In this document: piece by piece, positions 30,218 through 40,339 of the stretch
Position numbering within the stretch: the stretch's first letter is position 1
How the letters are laid out: each line of letters begins with the position of its first letter
Assembly (NCBI RefSeq): GCF_003334815.1
Contig: NZ_QOWO01000034.1
Strand: one strand, 5' to 3'
DNA: 40,339 bases
Source of the DNA: Escherichia coli
Lineage (GTDB): Bacteria > Pseudomonadota > Gammaproteobacteria > Enterobacterales > Enterobacteriaceae
Position numbers and translations under genes: made by a program
Notes under the pieces: generated by a model
Databases searched by the model: none
Seen by the model: only the letters and a program-made list of their open reading frames with translations
What the model was told of the DNA's origin: nothing

Positions 30218-31210
30218 TTACAGCTCGCTCTCTTTGTGGAATCCGTCTTTAATTACCGTATCTTTGATGTTGTTTTTATTCACATCGATCGGTGTCAGGA
30301 GGCGGGAGGGGACATCTTTCAGGCCATTATTCAGTGTGGTATCTGCTTTTGGTTCCTGACCATTGCCCAACTCAACGGCAATTTCTGCGGCAGTATTTGC
30401 CAACAACGTAATAGGTTTATACACCGTCATAGTTTGCGTACCGGCAGCAATACGTTTAATACCTGCGAGATCCGCATCCTGGCCGGAGATTGCTACTTTC
30501 CCTGATAAACCTTGCGCGCTTAATGCCTGAATTGCCCCACCTGCGGTGGCATCGTTTGAGGCAACTACAGCATCAATTTTGTTATTATTGGCGGTTAGCG
30601 CGTTTTCCATAATTTTCAATGCGTTTTCCGGTAACCAGCCATCAACCCATTGGTCACCAACGACTTTAATTTTTCCGGAATCAACGTAAGGTTTTAACAC
30701 TTTCATTTGTCCGGCGCGGAACAGCTTGGCGTTGTTATCTACCGGCGAGCCGCCCATCAGGAAGTAATTACCTTGCGGAACAATATCGACCAGGGCTTTT
30801 GCCTGCAGTTCACCGACTTTTTCGTTATCGAAAGAAATATAAAAATCGATATCCGCATCGTTAATCATACGGTCGTAAGCTAATACTTTAATGCCTTCTT
30901 GTTTGGCTTCTTTTACAACGTTACTTAATACCTGACCGTTATACGGAATAATGACAAGAACATCGACACCCCGGTTTATCATGTTTTCAATCTGCGACAT
31001 TTGTGTTTCTTCATTGCCATTTGCAGACTGTACAAATACTTTCGCGCCGAGAGATTCTGCCTTTTTCACAAAGATATCTCGATCTTTTTGCCAGCGTTCA
31101 AGACGGAGATCATCAATCGCCATACCTATTTTGACTTCTTTGGCGTGTGCAGCAACGTTGGTAAGCAGGAGTGAGGTGCAAAGGGTGAGTAGAATGTTCT
31201 TTATTTTCAT
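30218..31210 (-). CDS. xylF: Periplasmic D-xylose-binding protein
   Basis: The ORF-track frame extends to 31288. The ATG at 31210 gives the 330-aa XylF with signal peptide MKIKNILLTLCTSLLLTNVAAHA-KE. Confidence 0.95.
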   Translation of the reverse strand: MKIKNILLTLCTSLLLTNVAAHAKEVKIGMAIDDLRLERWQKDRDIFVKKAESLGAKVFVQSANGNEETQMSQIENMINRGVDVLVIIPYNGQVLSNVVKEAKQEGIKVLAYDRMINDADIDFYISFDNEKVGELQAKALVDIVPQGNYFLMGGSPVDNNAKLFRAGQMKVLKPYVDSGKIKVVGDQWVDGWLPENALKIMENALTANNNKIDAVVASNDATAGGAIQALSAQGLSGKVAISGQDADLAGIKRIAAGTQTMTVYKPITLLANTAAEIAVELGNGQEPKADTTLNNGLKDVPSRLLTPIDVNKNNIKDTVIKDGFHKESEL

Positions 31211-31575
31211 GGTGTAGGGCCTTCTGTAGTTAGAGGACAGTTTTAATAAGTAACAATCACCGCGATAAACGTAACCAATTTTTAGCAACTAAACAGGGGA
31301 AAACAATTACAGATTTTTATCTTTCGATTACGATTTTTGGTTTATTTCTTGATTTATGACCGAGATCTTACTTTTGTTGCGCAATTGTACTTATTGCATT
31401 TTTCTCTTCGAGGAATTACCCAGTTTCATCATTCCATTTTATTTTGCGAGCGAGCGCACACTTGTGAATTATCTCAATAGCAGTGTGAAATAACATAATT
31501 GAGCAACTGAAAGGGAGTGCCCAATATTACGACATCATCCATCACCCGCGGCATTACCTGATTATGGAGTTCAAT
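31211..31575. promoter_or_regulatory. Divergent xylA / xylF promoter region (XylR and CRP controlled)
   Basis: 365-bp AT-rich spacer. The best CRP-like site is TGTGAATTATCTCAAT (31463-31478), with a second TGTGA at 31484-31488. XylR and CRP regulation is established, but I have not resolved the exact XylR sites. Confidence 0.65.
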
Positions 31576-32898
31576 ATGCAAGCCTATTTTGACCAGCTCG
31601 ATCGCGTTCGTTATGAAGGCTCAAAATCCTCAAACCCGTTAGCATTCCGTCACTACAATCCCGACGAACTGGTGTTGGGTAAGCGTATGGAAGAGCACTT
31701 GCGTTTTGCCGCCTGCTACTGGCACACCTTCTGCTGGAACGGGGCGGATATGTTTGGTGTGGGGGCGTTTAATCGTCCGTGGCAGCAGCCTGGTGAGGCA
31801 CTGGCGTTGGCGAAGCGTAAAGCAGATGTCGCATTTGAGTTTTTCCACAAGTTACATGTGCCATTTTATTGCTTCCACGATGTGGATGTTTCCCCTGAGG
31901 GCGCGTCGTTAAAAGAGTACATCAATAATTTTGCGCAAATGGTTGATGTCCTGGCAGGCAAGCAAGAAGAGAGCGGCGTGAAGCTGCTGTGGGGAACCGC
32001 CAACTGCTTTACAAACCCTCGCTACGGCGCGGGTGCGGCGACGAACCCAGATCCTGAAGTCTTCAGCTGGGCGGCAACGCAAGTTGTTACAGCGATGGAA
32101 GCAACCCATAAATTGGGCGGTGAAAACTATGTCCTGTGGGGCGGTCGTGAAGGTTACGAAACGCTGTTAAATACCGACTTGCGTCAGGAGCGTGAACAAC
32201 TGGGCCGCTTTATGCAGATGGTGGTTGAGCATAAACATAAAATCGGTTTCCAGGGCACGTTGCTTATCGAACCGAAACCGCAAGAACCGACCAAACATCA
32301 ATATGATTACGATGCCGCGACGGTCTATGGCTTCCTGAAACAGTTTGGTCTGGAAAAAGAGATTAAACTGAACATTGAAGCTAACCACGCGACGCTGGCA
32401 GGTCACTCTTTCCATCATGAAATAGCCACCGCCATTGCGCTTGGCCTGTTCGGTTCTGTCGACGCCAACCGTGGCGATGCGCAACTGGGCTGGGACACCG
32501 ACCAGTTCCCGAACAGTGTGGAAGAGAATGCGCTGGTGATGTATGAAATTCTCAAAGCAGGCGGTTTCACCACCGGTGGTCTGAACTTCGATGCCAAAGT
32601 ACGTCGTCAAAGTACTGATAAATATGATCTGTTTTACGGTCATATCGGCGCGATGGATACGATGGCACTGGCGCTGAAAATTGCAGCGCGCATGATTGAA
32701 GATGGCGAGCTGGATAAACGCATCGCGCAGCGTTATTCCGGCTGGAATAGCGAATTGGGCCAGCAAATCCTGAAAGGCCAAATGTCACTGGCAGATTTAG
32801 CCAAATATGCTCAGGAACATCATTTGTCTCCGGTGCATCAGAGTGGTCGCCAGGAACAACTGGAAAATCTGGTAAACCATTATCTGTTCGACAAATAA
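31576..32898 (+). CDS. xylA: Xylose isomerase
   Basis: ATG 31576 (GGAG 6 nt upstream) gives the 440-aa XylA ([15 protein letters not shown]). The ORF-track start at 31564 is rejected. Confidence 0.96.
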
Positions 32899-32969
32899 CG
32901 GCTAACTGTGCAGTCCGTTGGCCCGGTTATCGGTAGCGATACCGGGCATTTTTTTAAGGAACGATCGAT

Positions 32970-34424
32970 ATGTATATCGGGATAGATCTTGGCACCTCGG
33001 GCGTAAAAGTTATTTTGCTCAACGAGCAGGGTGAGGTGGTTGCTGCGCAAACGGAAAAGCTGACCGTTTCGCGCCCGCATCCACTCTGGTCGGAACAAGA
33101 CCCGGAACAGTGGTGGCAGGCAACTGATCGCGCAATGAAAGCTCTGGGCGATCAGCATTCTCTGCAGGACGTTAAAGCATTGGGTATTGCCGGCCAGATG
33201 CACGGAGCAACCTTGCTGGATGCTCAGCAACGGGTGTTACGCCCTGCCATTTTGTGGAACGACGGGCGCTGTGCGCAAGAGTGCACTTTGCTGGAAGCGC
33301 GAGTTCCGCAATCGCGGGTGATTACCGGCAACCTGATGATGCCCGGATTTACTGCGCCTAAATTGCTATGGGTTCAGCGGCATGAGCCGGAGATATTCCG
33401 TCAAATCGACAAAGTATTATTACCGAAAGATTACTTGCGTCTGCGTATGACGGGGGAGTTTGCCAGCGATATGTCTGACGCAGCTGGCACCATGTGGCTG
33501 GATGTCGCAAAGCGTGACTGGAGTGACGTCATGCTGCAGGCTTGCGACTTATCTCGTGACCAGATGCCCGCATTATACGAAGGCAGCGAAATTACTGGTG
33601 CTTTGTTACCTGAAGTTGCGAAAGCGTGGGGTATGGCGACGGTGCCAGTTGTCGCAGGCGGTGGCGACAATGCAGCTGGTGCAGTTGGTGTGGGAATGGT
33701 TGATGCTAATCAGGCAATGTTATCGCTGGGGACGTCGGGGGTCTATTTTGCTGTCAGCGAAGGGTTCTTAAGCAAGCCAGAAAGCGCCGTACATAGCTTT
33801 TGCCATGCGCTACCGCAACGTTGGCATTTAATGTCTGTGATGCTGAGTGCAGCGTCGTGTCTGGATTGGGCCGCGAAATTAACCGGCCTGAGCAATGTCC
33901 CAGCTTTAATCGCTGCAGCTCAACAGGCTGATGAAAGTGCCGAGCCAGTTTGGTTTCTGCCTTATCTTTCCGGCGAGCGTACGCCACACAATAATCCCCA
34001 GGCGAAGGGGGTTTTCTTTGGTTTGACTCATCAACATGGCCCCAATGAACTGGCGCGAGCAGTGCTGGAAGGCGTGGGTTATGCGCTGGCAGATGGCATG
34101 GATGTCGTGCATGCCTGCGGTATTAAACCGCAAAGTGTTACGTTGATTGGGGGCGGGGCGCGTAGTGAGTACTGGCGTCAGATGCTGGCGGATATCAGCG
34201 GTCAGCAGCTCGATTACCGTACGGGGGGGGATGTGGGGCCAGCACTGGGCGCAGCAAGGCTGGCGCAGATCGCGGCGAATCCAGAGAAATCGCTCATTGA
34301 ATTGTTGCCGCAACTACCGTTAGAACAGTCGCATCTACCAGATGCGCAGCGTTATGCCGCTTATCAGCCACGACGAGAAACGTTCCGTCGCCTCTATCAG
34401 CAACTTCTGCCATTAATGGCGTAA
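32970..34424 (+). CDS. xylB: D-xylulokinase (FGGY family)
   Basis: 484-aa ORF with MYIGIDLGTSGVK at the N-terminus and the C-terminal GGGARSEYWRQMLADI motif. Confidence 0.96.
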   Translation: MYIGIDLGTSGVKVILLNEQGEVVAAQTEKLTVSRPHPLWSEQDPEQWWQATDRAMKALGDQHSLQDVKALGIAGQMHGATLLDAQQRVLRPAILWNDGRCAQECTLLEARVPQSRVITGNLMMPGFTAPKLLWVQRHEPEIFRQIDKVLLPKDYLRLRMTGEFASDMSDAAGTMWLDVAKRDWSDVMLQACDLSRDQMPALYEGSEITGALLPEVAKAWGMATVPVVAGGGDNAAGAVGVGMVDANQAMLSLGTSGVYFAVSEGFLSKPESAVHSFCHALPQRWHLMSVMLSAASCLDWAAKLTGLSNVPALIAAAQQADESAEPVWFLPYLSGERTPHNNPQAKGVFFGLTHQHGPNELARAVLEGVGYALADGMDVVHACGIKPQSVTLIGGGARSEYWRQMLADISGQQLDYRTGGDVGPALGAARLAQIAANPEKSLIELLPQLPLEQSHLPDAQRYAAYQPRRETFRRLYQQLLPLMA

Positions 34425-34427
34425 ACG

Positions 34428-34457
34428 TTATCCCCTGCCTGACCGGGTGGGGGATAA
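34428..34457 (+). terminator. Hairpin after xylB (candidate terminator)
   Basis: TTATCCCC (34428-34435) pairs with GGGGATAA (34450-34457) around a 14-nt loop. The downstream T-tract is weak. Confidence 0.4.
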
Positions 34458-34592
34458 TTCACATCTATATATCTCAGTAATTAATTAATATTTAGTATGA
34501 ATTTATTCTGAAAATCATTTGTTAATGGCATTTTTCAGTTTTGTCTTTCGTTGGTTACTCGTAATGTATCGCTGGTAGATATGGAGATCGTT

Positions 34593-34934
34593 ATGAAAAC
34601 CTCAAAGACTGTGGCAAAACTATTATTTGTTGTCGGGGCGCTGGTTTATCTGGTTGGGCTATGGATCTCATGCCCATTGTTAAGTGGAAAAGGCTATTTT
34701 CTTGGCGTGTTAATGACAGCAACTTTTGGCAACTATGCATATCTTCGCGCAGAAAAACTCGGGCAACTGGATGATTTTTTTACCCATATCTGCCAGTTAG
34801 TTGCGTTAATCACTATCGGTCTCTTGTTTATCGGTGTTTTAAACGCACCTATCAATACTTATGAAATGGTGATCTATCCCATCGCCTTTTTTGTCTGCTT
34901 GTTTGGTCAAATGCGTTTGTTTCGCTCGGCATGA
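34593..34934 (+). CDS. yiaB: YiaAB-family inner-membrane protein
   Basis: ATG 34593 (GGAGATCGTT upstream) gives 113 aa. It has four hydrophobic helices and is paralogous to the adjacent yiaA. Confidence 0.88.
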   Translation: MKTSKTVAKLLFVVGALVYLVGLWISCPLLSGKGYFLGVLMTATFGNYAYLRAEKLGQLDDFFTHICQLVALITIGLLFIGVLNAPINTYEMVIYPIAFFVCLFGQMRLFRSA

Positions 34935-34979
34935 GCAACATAAAGCTCTTACATATTCAGGAATGAAAGGAATACTGTG

Positions 34980-35417
34980 ATGGACAACAAAATATCAACC
35001 TATTCACCGGCCTTTAGTATTGTGTCATGGATAGCTCTCGTTGGTGGTATCGTTACCTATCTGTTAGGGCTATGGAATGCAGAGATGCAGTTAAATGAAA
35101 AAGGATATTATTTTGCCGTACTGGTATTAGGACTGTTTTCTGCGGCGTCTTATCAAAAGACCGTTCGGGACAAGTATGAAGGCATACCGACCACTTCCAT
35201 TTATTATATGACCTGCCTGACTGTCTTTATTATCTCTGTTGCATTACTGATGGTAGGTCTGTGGAATGCGACATTATTACTCAGCGAAAAAGGTTTTTAT
35301 GGACTGGCTTTCTTCTTAAGCTTGTTTGGTGCAGTAGCGGTGCAGAAAAATATTCGTGATGCCGGAATAAACCCACCAAAAGAAACACAGGTTACCCAGG
35401 AAGAATACAGCGAATAA
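34980..35417 (+). CDS. yiaA: YiaAB-family inner-membrane protein (two internal repeats)
   Basis: ATG 34980 gives 145 aa; the ORF-track GTG at 34977 is rejected. The repeated motif GLWNA..L.EKG.Y occurs twice. Confidence 0.88.
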
Positions 35418-35424
35418 CTCACGT

Positions 35425-35456
35425 AAGCCCGGTCAGTCCAATGTGACCGGGCTTTT
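35425..35456 (+). terminator. Terminator shared by convergent yiaA and wecH
   Basis: A perfect 11-bp stem AAGCCCGGTCA/TGACCGGGCTT with an 8-nt loop, followed by TTTT on the plus strand. It lies 3 nt from the wecH stop on the other strand. Confidence 0.75.
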
Positions 35457-35458
35457 AC

Positions 35459-36454
35459 TTAACTCACTAATCTGTTTCTGTCGATTCGTTGTACCAGCAT
35501 AGAAAGTAACAAACTCGCTGCCAACGTCGCGCAAAAGATCCAAATAATATCCAGTATTGGCCAATTTTTAAGCTCAATTCCCCGGGTGCGCAGCGCATGG
35601 ATAATCAAGGCGTGGAATCCGTATATACCCAATGAATGGCGGGAGATTAAGCCAAGTCCGCGAATGGTACGCGTATCCAGCGTGTTTTTAACCAGAGTCA
35701 ATAGCGCGATTGCGCAGATAAAAACCATCGGCCCACAGTAAAGATACCAGGTATCGGCAAAATTTCCGCGCCACTGCAATTCATATAATGTCCCGCGAGA
35801 GATAATAAAAACCCCCGTCGCAAACAGCGCGGCGCTCACCCACGACAGTGCTTTATGCTGTGTGTCCATCATCCCTATAGCGCGGCCCAACATGCCATAC
35901 AGAATGTAGTAAAAAGTATCGCCATTGATATATAAGTTAATTGGCAGCCATTCAAAACCGTCAATTTTCTGCGGCACTGTGTTTGGGTTAGCGATAATGC
36001 CAATCACCGCCATTAGCACCAGCAACATTTTTCCGCCGACGTTCTTCACCTGAATCAGCGGTGAAACCAGATAAATCACCGCAATCGCGAAGAAAAACCA
36101 CAAGTGGTAAAACACTGGCTTTTGCAGCAGGTTTTTCAGCGCTAACTCCATATTGATGGAGGTAAACAGCGCAATGTAGAGCAGTGCGATTGCGCTATAA
36201 AAAATCAGACATAAGCCGATACGCAAGAAATGGCGCGGCTGGGCGCTGCGTTCGCCAAAAAAGAGATAGCCGGAAATCATGAAAAATAGCGGCACGCTGA
36301 CACGAGAGGCAGAATTCAGAACATTGGCGATATCCCATGTGACGGGGCTAACACTATGAGCATTGGTCACATACCAGGTAGTGGTGTGAATCATCACCAC
36401 CATTAAACACGCTATCCCTCGCAGGTTATCAATCCAGTAAATTTTGGGCTGCAT
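35459..36454 (-). CDS. wecH: Acyltransferase-3 family O-acetyltransferase of enterobacterial common antigen
   Basis: 331-aa polytopic membrane ORF. Recognised as YiaH/WecH. Confidence 0.92.
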
Positions 36455-36628
36455 CTGTGTCTCTGTATCTGGTTAAAAAAAGTCTGACCGATAAATCATT
36501 TGGTTGGCGCACTGGAATAATCTGAGTTTTATCACTACAGCTTATAGAGGCTTAAGGAAATTCGTAAGATATCAGCCACTATACCGATATAAATAATAAG
36601 ACTCACCTGCAAACCAGACGGTAATTTA

Positions 36629-36928
36629 ATGATGATGAACGCTTTCTTTCCGGCAATGGCGCTTATGGTGCTAGTGGGTTGTTCTATACCGTCACCCGTG
36701 CAGAAAGCACAACGGGTAAAGGTTGATCCTCTGCGTTCGTTGAATATGGAAGCGTTATGCAAGGATCAGGCGGCAAAACGTTATAACACCGGCGAGCAAA
36801 AAATCGACGTCACCGCCTTCGAACAGTTCCAGGGAAGCTATGAAATGCGCGGTTATACCTTCCGTAAAGAGCAGTTTGTCTGTTCTTTTGACGCGGATGG
36901 CCATTTTTTGCATCTTTCCATGCGTTAA
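36629..36928 (+). CDS. ysaB: Small lipoprotein YsaB
   Basis: 99-aa ORF with a lipobox (MALMVLVG-C). Confidence 0.85.
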   Translation: MMMNAFFPAMALMVLVGCSIPSPVQKAQRVKVDPLRSLNMEALCKDQAAKRYNTGEQKIDVTAFEQFQGSYEMRGYTFRKEQFVCSFDADGHFLHLSMR

Positions 36929-37022
36929 GCCCTGCTTTTTCCCGTTTCGTACTGTATATCTTCCATCCAGCGGGTATACTGATCCCTTCCTTTAAATCCA
37001 CACGTATCCAGCACGAAATAAT

Positions 37023-37934
37023 ATGCAAAAGTTTGATACCAGGACCTTCCAGGGCTTGATCCTGACCTTACAGGATTACTGGGCTCGCCAGGGCTGCACC
37101 ATTGTTCAACCATTGGACATGGAAGTCGGCGCGGGAACCTCTCACCCAATGACCTGTCTGCGCGCGCTGGGGCCAGAACCGATGGCGGCTGCTTATGTTC
37201 AGCCTTCTCGTCGCCCGACCGATGGTCGCTACGGCGAAAACCCCAACCGTTTACAGCACTACTATCAGTTCCAGGTGGTCATTAAGCCATCGCCGGACAA
37301 TATTCAGGAGCTGTACCTCGGTTCTCTGAAAGAGCTGGGCATGGACCCGACTATTCACGACATCCGTTTCGTGGAAGATAACTGGGAAAACCCGACGCTG
37401 GGTGCCTGGGGACTGGGCTGGGAAGTGTGGCTGAACGGCATGGAAGTGACGCAGTTCACTTACTTCCAGCAGGTTGGTGGTCTGGAGTGTAAACCGGTTA
37501 CCGGCGAGATCACCTACGGTCTGGAACGTCTGGCCATGTACATTCAGGGCGTAGACAGCGTTTACGACCTGGTCTGGAGCGACGGCCCGCTGGGTAAAAC
37601 CACCTACGGCGACGTGTTCCATCAGAACGAAGTGGAGCAGTCCACTTACAACTTCGAATACGCGGATGTGGACTTCCTGTTCACCTGCTTCGAGCAGTAC
37701 GAGAAAGAAGCGCAGCAGCTGCTGGCGCTGGAAAATCCGCTGCCGCTGCCAGCCTACGAGCGTATTCTGAAAGCCGCCCACAGCTTCAACCTGCTGGATG
37801 CGCGTAAAGCCATCTCCGTCACCGAGCGTCAGCGCTACATTCTGCGCATTCGCACCCTGACCAAAGCAGTGGCAGAAGCATACTACGCTTCCCGTGAAGC
37901 CCTCGGCTTCCCGATGTGCAACAAAGATAAGTAA
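37023..37934 (+). CDS. glyQ: Glycyl-tRNA synthetase alpha subunit
   Basis: 303-aa ORF. Recognised as GlyQ ([25 protein letters not shown]). Confidence 0.97.
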
Positions 37935-37943
37935 GAGGCGGCT

Positions 37944-40013
37944 ATGTCTGAGAAAACTTTTCTGGTGGAAATCGGCACTGAAGAGCTGCCACCAAAAGCA
38001 CTGCGCAGCCTGGCTGAGTCCTTTGCTGCGAACTTTACTGCGGAGCTGGATAACGCTGGCCTCGCACACGGCACCGTTCAATGGTTTGCTGCTCCGCGTC
38101 GTCTGGCGCTGAAAGTAGCTAACCTGGCGGAAGCGCAACCGGATCGTGAAATCGAAAAACGCGGCCCGGCGATTGCCCAGGCGTTCGACGCTGAAGGCAA
38201 ACCGAGCAAAGCGGCAGAAGGTTGGGCGCGTGGTTGCGGTATTACCGTTGACCAGGCTGAGCGTCTGACTACCGATAAAGGCGAATGGCTGCTGTATCGC
38301 GCCCATGTGAAGGGCGAAAGCACCGAAGCACTGCTGCCGAATATGGTTGCGACTTCTCTGGCGAAACTGCCGATCCCGAAACTGATGCGTTGGGGCGCAA
38401 GCGACGTGCACTTCGTGCGTCCGGTGCACACCGTGACCCTGCTGCTGGGCGACAAAGTCATTCCGGCAACCATTCTGGGCATTCAGTCCGATCGCGTGAT
38501 TCGCGGCCACCGCTTTATGGGCGAGCCGGAATTCACCATCGATAACGCCGATCAGTATCCGGAAATTCTGCGTGAGCGTGGGAAAGTCATCGCCGATTAC
38601 GAAGAACGTAAGGCGAAGATTAAAGCCGATGCCGAAGAAGCAGCGCGTAAGATTGGCGGTAACGCTGACTTAAGCGAAAGCCTGCTGGAAGAAGTGGCTT
38701 CGCTGGTGGAGTGGCCGGTCGTTCTGACCGCAAAATTCGAAGAGAAATTCCTCGCGGTGCCGGCTGAAGCGCTGGTTTACACCATGAAAGGTGACCAGAA
38801 ATACTTCCCGGTGTATGCGAACGACGGCAAACTGCTGCCGAACTTTATCTTCGTTGCCAACATCGAATCGAAAGATCCGCAGCAGATTATCTCCGGTAAC
38901 GAGAAAGTCGTTCGTCCGCGTCTGGCGGATGCCGAGTTCTTCTTCAACACCGACCGTAAAAAACGTCTTGAAGATAACCTGCCGCGCCTGCAAACCGTGT
39001 TGTTCCAGCAACAGTTGGGGACGCTGCGCGACAAAACTGACCGCATCCAGGCGCTGGCTGGCTGGATTGCTGAACAGATTGGCGCTGACGTTAACCACGC
39101 TACCCGTGCGGGTCTGCTGTCTAAGTGCGACCTGATGACCAACATGGTCTTCGAGTTCACCGACACCCAGGGCGTTATGGGGATGCACTATGCGCGTCAC
39201 GATGGCGAAGCGGAAGATGTCGCGGTGGCGCTGAATGAGCAGTATCAGCCGCGTTTTGCTGGTGATGACCTGCCGTCCAACCCAGTAGCTTGTGCGCTGG
39301 CGATTGCTGACAAGATGGATACCCTGGCGGGTATCTTCGGTATCGGTCAGCATCCGAAAGGCGACAAAGACCCGTTTGCGCTGCGTCGTGCCGCGCTTGG
39401 CGTGCTGCGAATTATCGTTGAGAAGAACCTCAACCTTGATCTGCAAACGCTGACCGAAGAAGCGGTGCGTCTGTATGGCGATAAGCTGACTAATGCCAAC
39501 GTAGTTGATGATATTATCGACTTTATGCTCGGTCGCTTCCGCGCCTGGTATCAGGACGAAGGTTATACCGTTGACACCATCCAGGCGGTACTGGCGCGTC
39601 GTCCGACTCGTCCGGCTGATTTCGATGCCCGTATGAAAGCGGTATCGCATTTCCGTACCCTGGATGCAGCTGCTGCACTGGCGGCGGCGAACAAACGTGT
39701 ATCTAACATTCTGGCGAAATCTGACGAAGTGCTGAGCGACCGCGTGAATGCCTCTACCCTGAAAGAGCCGGAAGAAATTAAACTGGCGATGCAGGTTGTG
39801 GTGCTACGTGACAAGCTGGAGCCGTACTTTACGGAAGGTCGTTACCAGGATGCGCTGGTCGAACTGGCTGAGCTGCGTGAACCGGTTGATGCTTTCTTCG
39901 ATAAAGTGATGGTCATGGTTGATGACAAAGAATTGCGTATCAACCGTCTGACCATGCTGGAGAAACTGCGCGAACTGTTCCTGCGCGTTGCGGATATTTC
40001 GCTGTTGCAATAA
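37944..40013 (+). CDS. glyS: Glycyl-tRNA synthetase beta subunit
   Basis: 689-aa ORF placed 9 nt after glyQ. Recognised as GlyS. Confidence 0.97.
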   Translation: MSEKTFLVEIGTEELPPKALRSLAESFAANFTAELDNAGLAHGTVQWFAAPRRLALKVANLAEAQPDREIEKRGPAIAQAFDAEGKPSKAAEGWARGCGITVDQAERLTTDKGEWLLYRAHVKGESTEALLPNMVATSLAKLPIPKLMRWGASDVHFVRPVHTVTLLLGDKVIPATILGIQSDRVIRGHRFMGEPEFTIDNADQYPEILRERGKVIADYEERKAKIKADAEEAARKIGGNADLSESLLEEVASLVEWPVVLTAKFEEKFLAVPAEALVYTMKGDQKYFPVYANDGKLLPNFIFVANIESKDPQQIISGNEKVVRPRLADAEFFFNTDRKKRLEDNLPRLQTVLFQQQLGTLRDKTDRIQALAGWIAEQIGADVNHATRAGLLSKCDLMTNMVFEFTDTQGVMGMHYARHDGEAEDVAVALNEQYQPRFAGDDLPSNPVACALAIADKMDTLAGIFGIGQHPKGDKDPFALRRAALGVLRIIVEKNLNLDLQTLTEEAVRLYGDKLTNANVVDDIIDFMLGRFRAWYQDEGYTVDTIQAVLARRPTRPADFDARMKAVSHFRTLDAAAALAAANKRVSNILAKSDEVLSDRVNASTLKEPEEIKLAMQVVVLRDKLEPYFTEGRYQDALVELAELREPVDAFFDKVMVMVDDKELRINRLTMLEKLRELFLRVADISLLQ

Positions 40014-40030
40014 TAACGCCGTTATTAAAT

Positions 40031-40057
40031 AGCCTGCCATCTGGCAGGCTTTTTTTA
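40031..40057 (+). terminator. Rho-independent terminator of glyQS
   Basis: AGCCTGCC/GGCAGGCT forms a stem with the loop ATCT, followed by T7. Confidence 0.85.
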
Positions 40058-40187
40058 TCGCTAAATAATACAGCAACCTTTAATAATCTTCTGCTGAATA
40101 AAGATTATCTCATATATTAATTTTATGAGATTTTTTTAGGATTATATCAAGGAGAAGAAACAAACTTATTAAGCTAGAATAGCCACG

Positions 40188-40265
40188 GGTGCTTGAGACT
40201 GTTTGTCTCAGGTATTCACCGAAAGGCAGACAGAGAAAAGCCCCACCTGACTATAAATCAAAGTT
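40188..40265 (+). pseudogene. hokA: 5' leader fragment of the hokA (hok/sok-type, type I toxin-antitoxin) mRNA, truncated by IS150
   Basis: GGTGCTTGAGACTGTTTGTCTCAGG...GGCAGACAGAGAAAAGCCCCACCT aligns by eye with the 5' end of plasmid R1 hok mRNA (GGCGCTTGAGGCTTTCTGCCTCATG...GGCAGAAAGAAGATAGCCCCGTAG). It includes a 5' stem-loop, TGAGAC/GTCTCA at 40194-40210. A TAGAAT -10 lies at 40175-40180. Confidence 0.65.
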
Positions 40266-40339
40266 TGTACTGACCCCAAAAAGTTGGACAGTTAAACACG
40301 AGGCATATAGGTCTGATTCCGATATTCAATTGGAGTCAG
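40266..40339 (+). mobile_element. IS150 (IS3 family) terminal inverted repeat and first 74 bp; the element runs off the right edge
   Basis: TGTACTGACCCCAAAAAGTTGGACAGTTAAACACGAGGC matches my recollection of the IS150 end, with the TG... terminus typical of the IS3 family. K-12 carries IS150 between glyS and hokA. Confidence 0.75.

Noticed and set aside
32167-32781. A 204-aa minus-strand ORF inside xylA. Similar antisense ORFs lie inside aldB (6294-6752, 6769-7266), selB (2525-2998), yiaU (9396-9899) and xylB (33906-34313).
   Set aside because: All are fully nested antisense to recognised genes and have no family resemblance. I treat them as shadow ORFs.
36929-37022. A putative glyQS promoter, with TATACT at about 36973-36978.
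   Set aside because: A good -10 hexamer is visible, but I found no acceptable -35 at 16-18 bp spacing and could not place the start site with confidence.
37251-38510. A 419-aa minus-strand ORF antisense to glyQ/glyS, with a second 326-aa ORF at 38670-39650.
   Set aside because: Both lie entirely antisense to highly conserved, codon-biased glyQS. Their translations are Arg/Gln/Phe-rich and low in complexity, with no recognisable motifs or SD. This is the typical stop-poor antisense frame of a highly expressed gene.
40108-40137. An AT-rich hairpin TCTCATA/TATGAGA followed by T7, downstream of the glyS terminator.
   Set aside because: The 7-bp stem is all-weak with a 9-nt loop in low-complexity AT sequence. 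It may be a back-up terminator, but support is too weak to call it a feature.

Overview
This window is collinear with the Escherichia coli K-12 chromosome at about 80-81 min, in reverse orientation to the standard map. I recognised this from the ORF translations by eye; no search was possible. Gene order is: rhsA 5' end (hand-translated, not in the ORF track), yibF, selAB, yiaY, aldB, yiaWV, yiaU, yiaT, a gene remnant, the sgbEUH-lyxK-yiaONMLK operon read on the minus strand, yiaJ, ysaA, avtA, malS, bax, xylRHGF and xylAB (divergent), yiaB, yiaA, wecH, ysaB, glyQS. It ends with a hokA (hok/sok-type) leader fragment cut by the terminal repeat of IS150. All 35 complete CDS have the lengths I recall for K-12 once nine ORF-track starts are trimmed: aldB, yiaW, sgbU, ysaA, avtA, xylF, xylA, yiaB and yiaA. 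Non-coding content includes three REP/BIME clusters, several intrinsic terminators and some candidate regulatory sites. I saw no tRNA, rRNA or CRISPR array. Coding density is high and no multi-gene block is left unexplained, so I find no convincing evidence of an undescribed system. The best leads are modest. They are the poorly characterised yiaWV-yiaU-yiaT envelope cluster, a 544-bp AT-rich spacer holding a 70-codon ORF, the gene remnant downstream of sgbE, the IS150-disrupted hokA locus and a SECIS-like hairpin upstream of selA.
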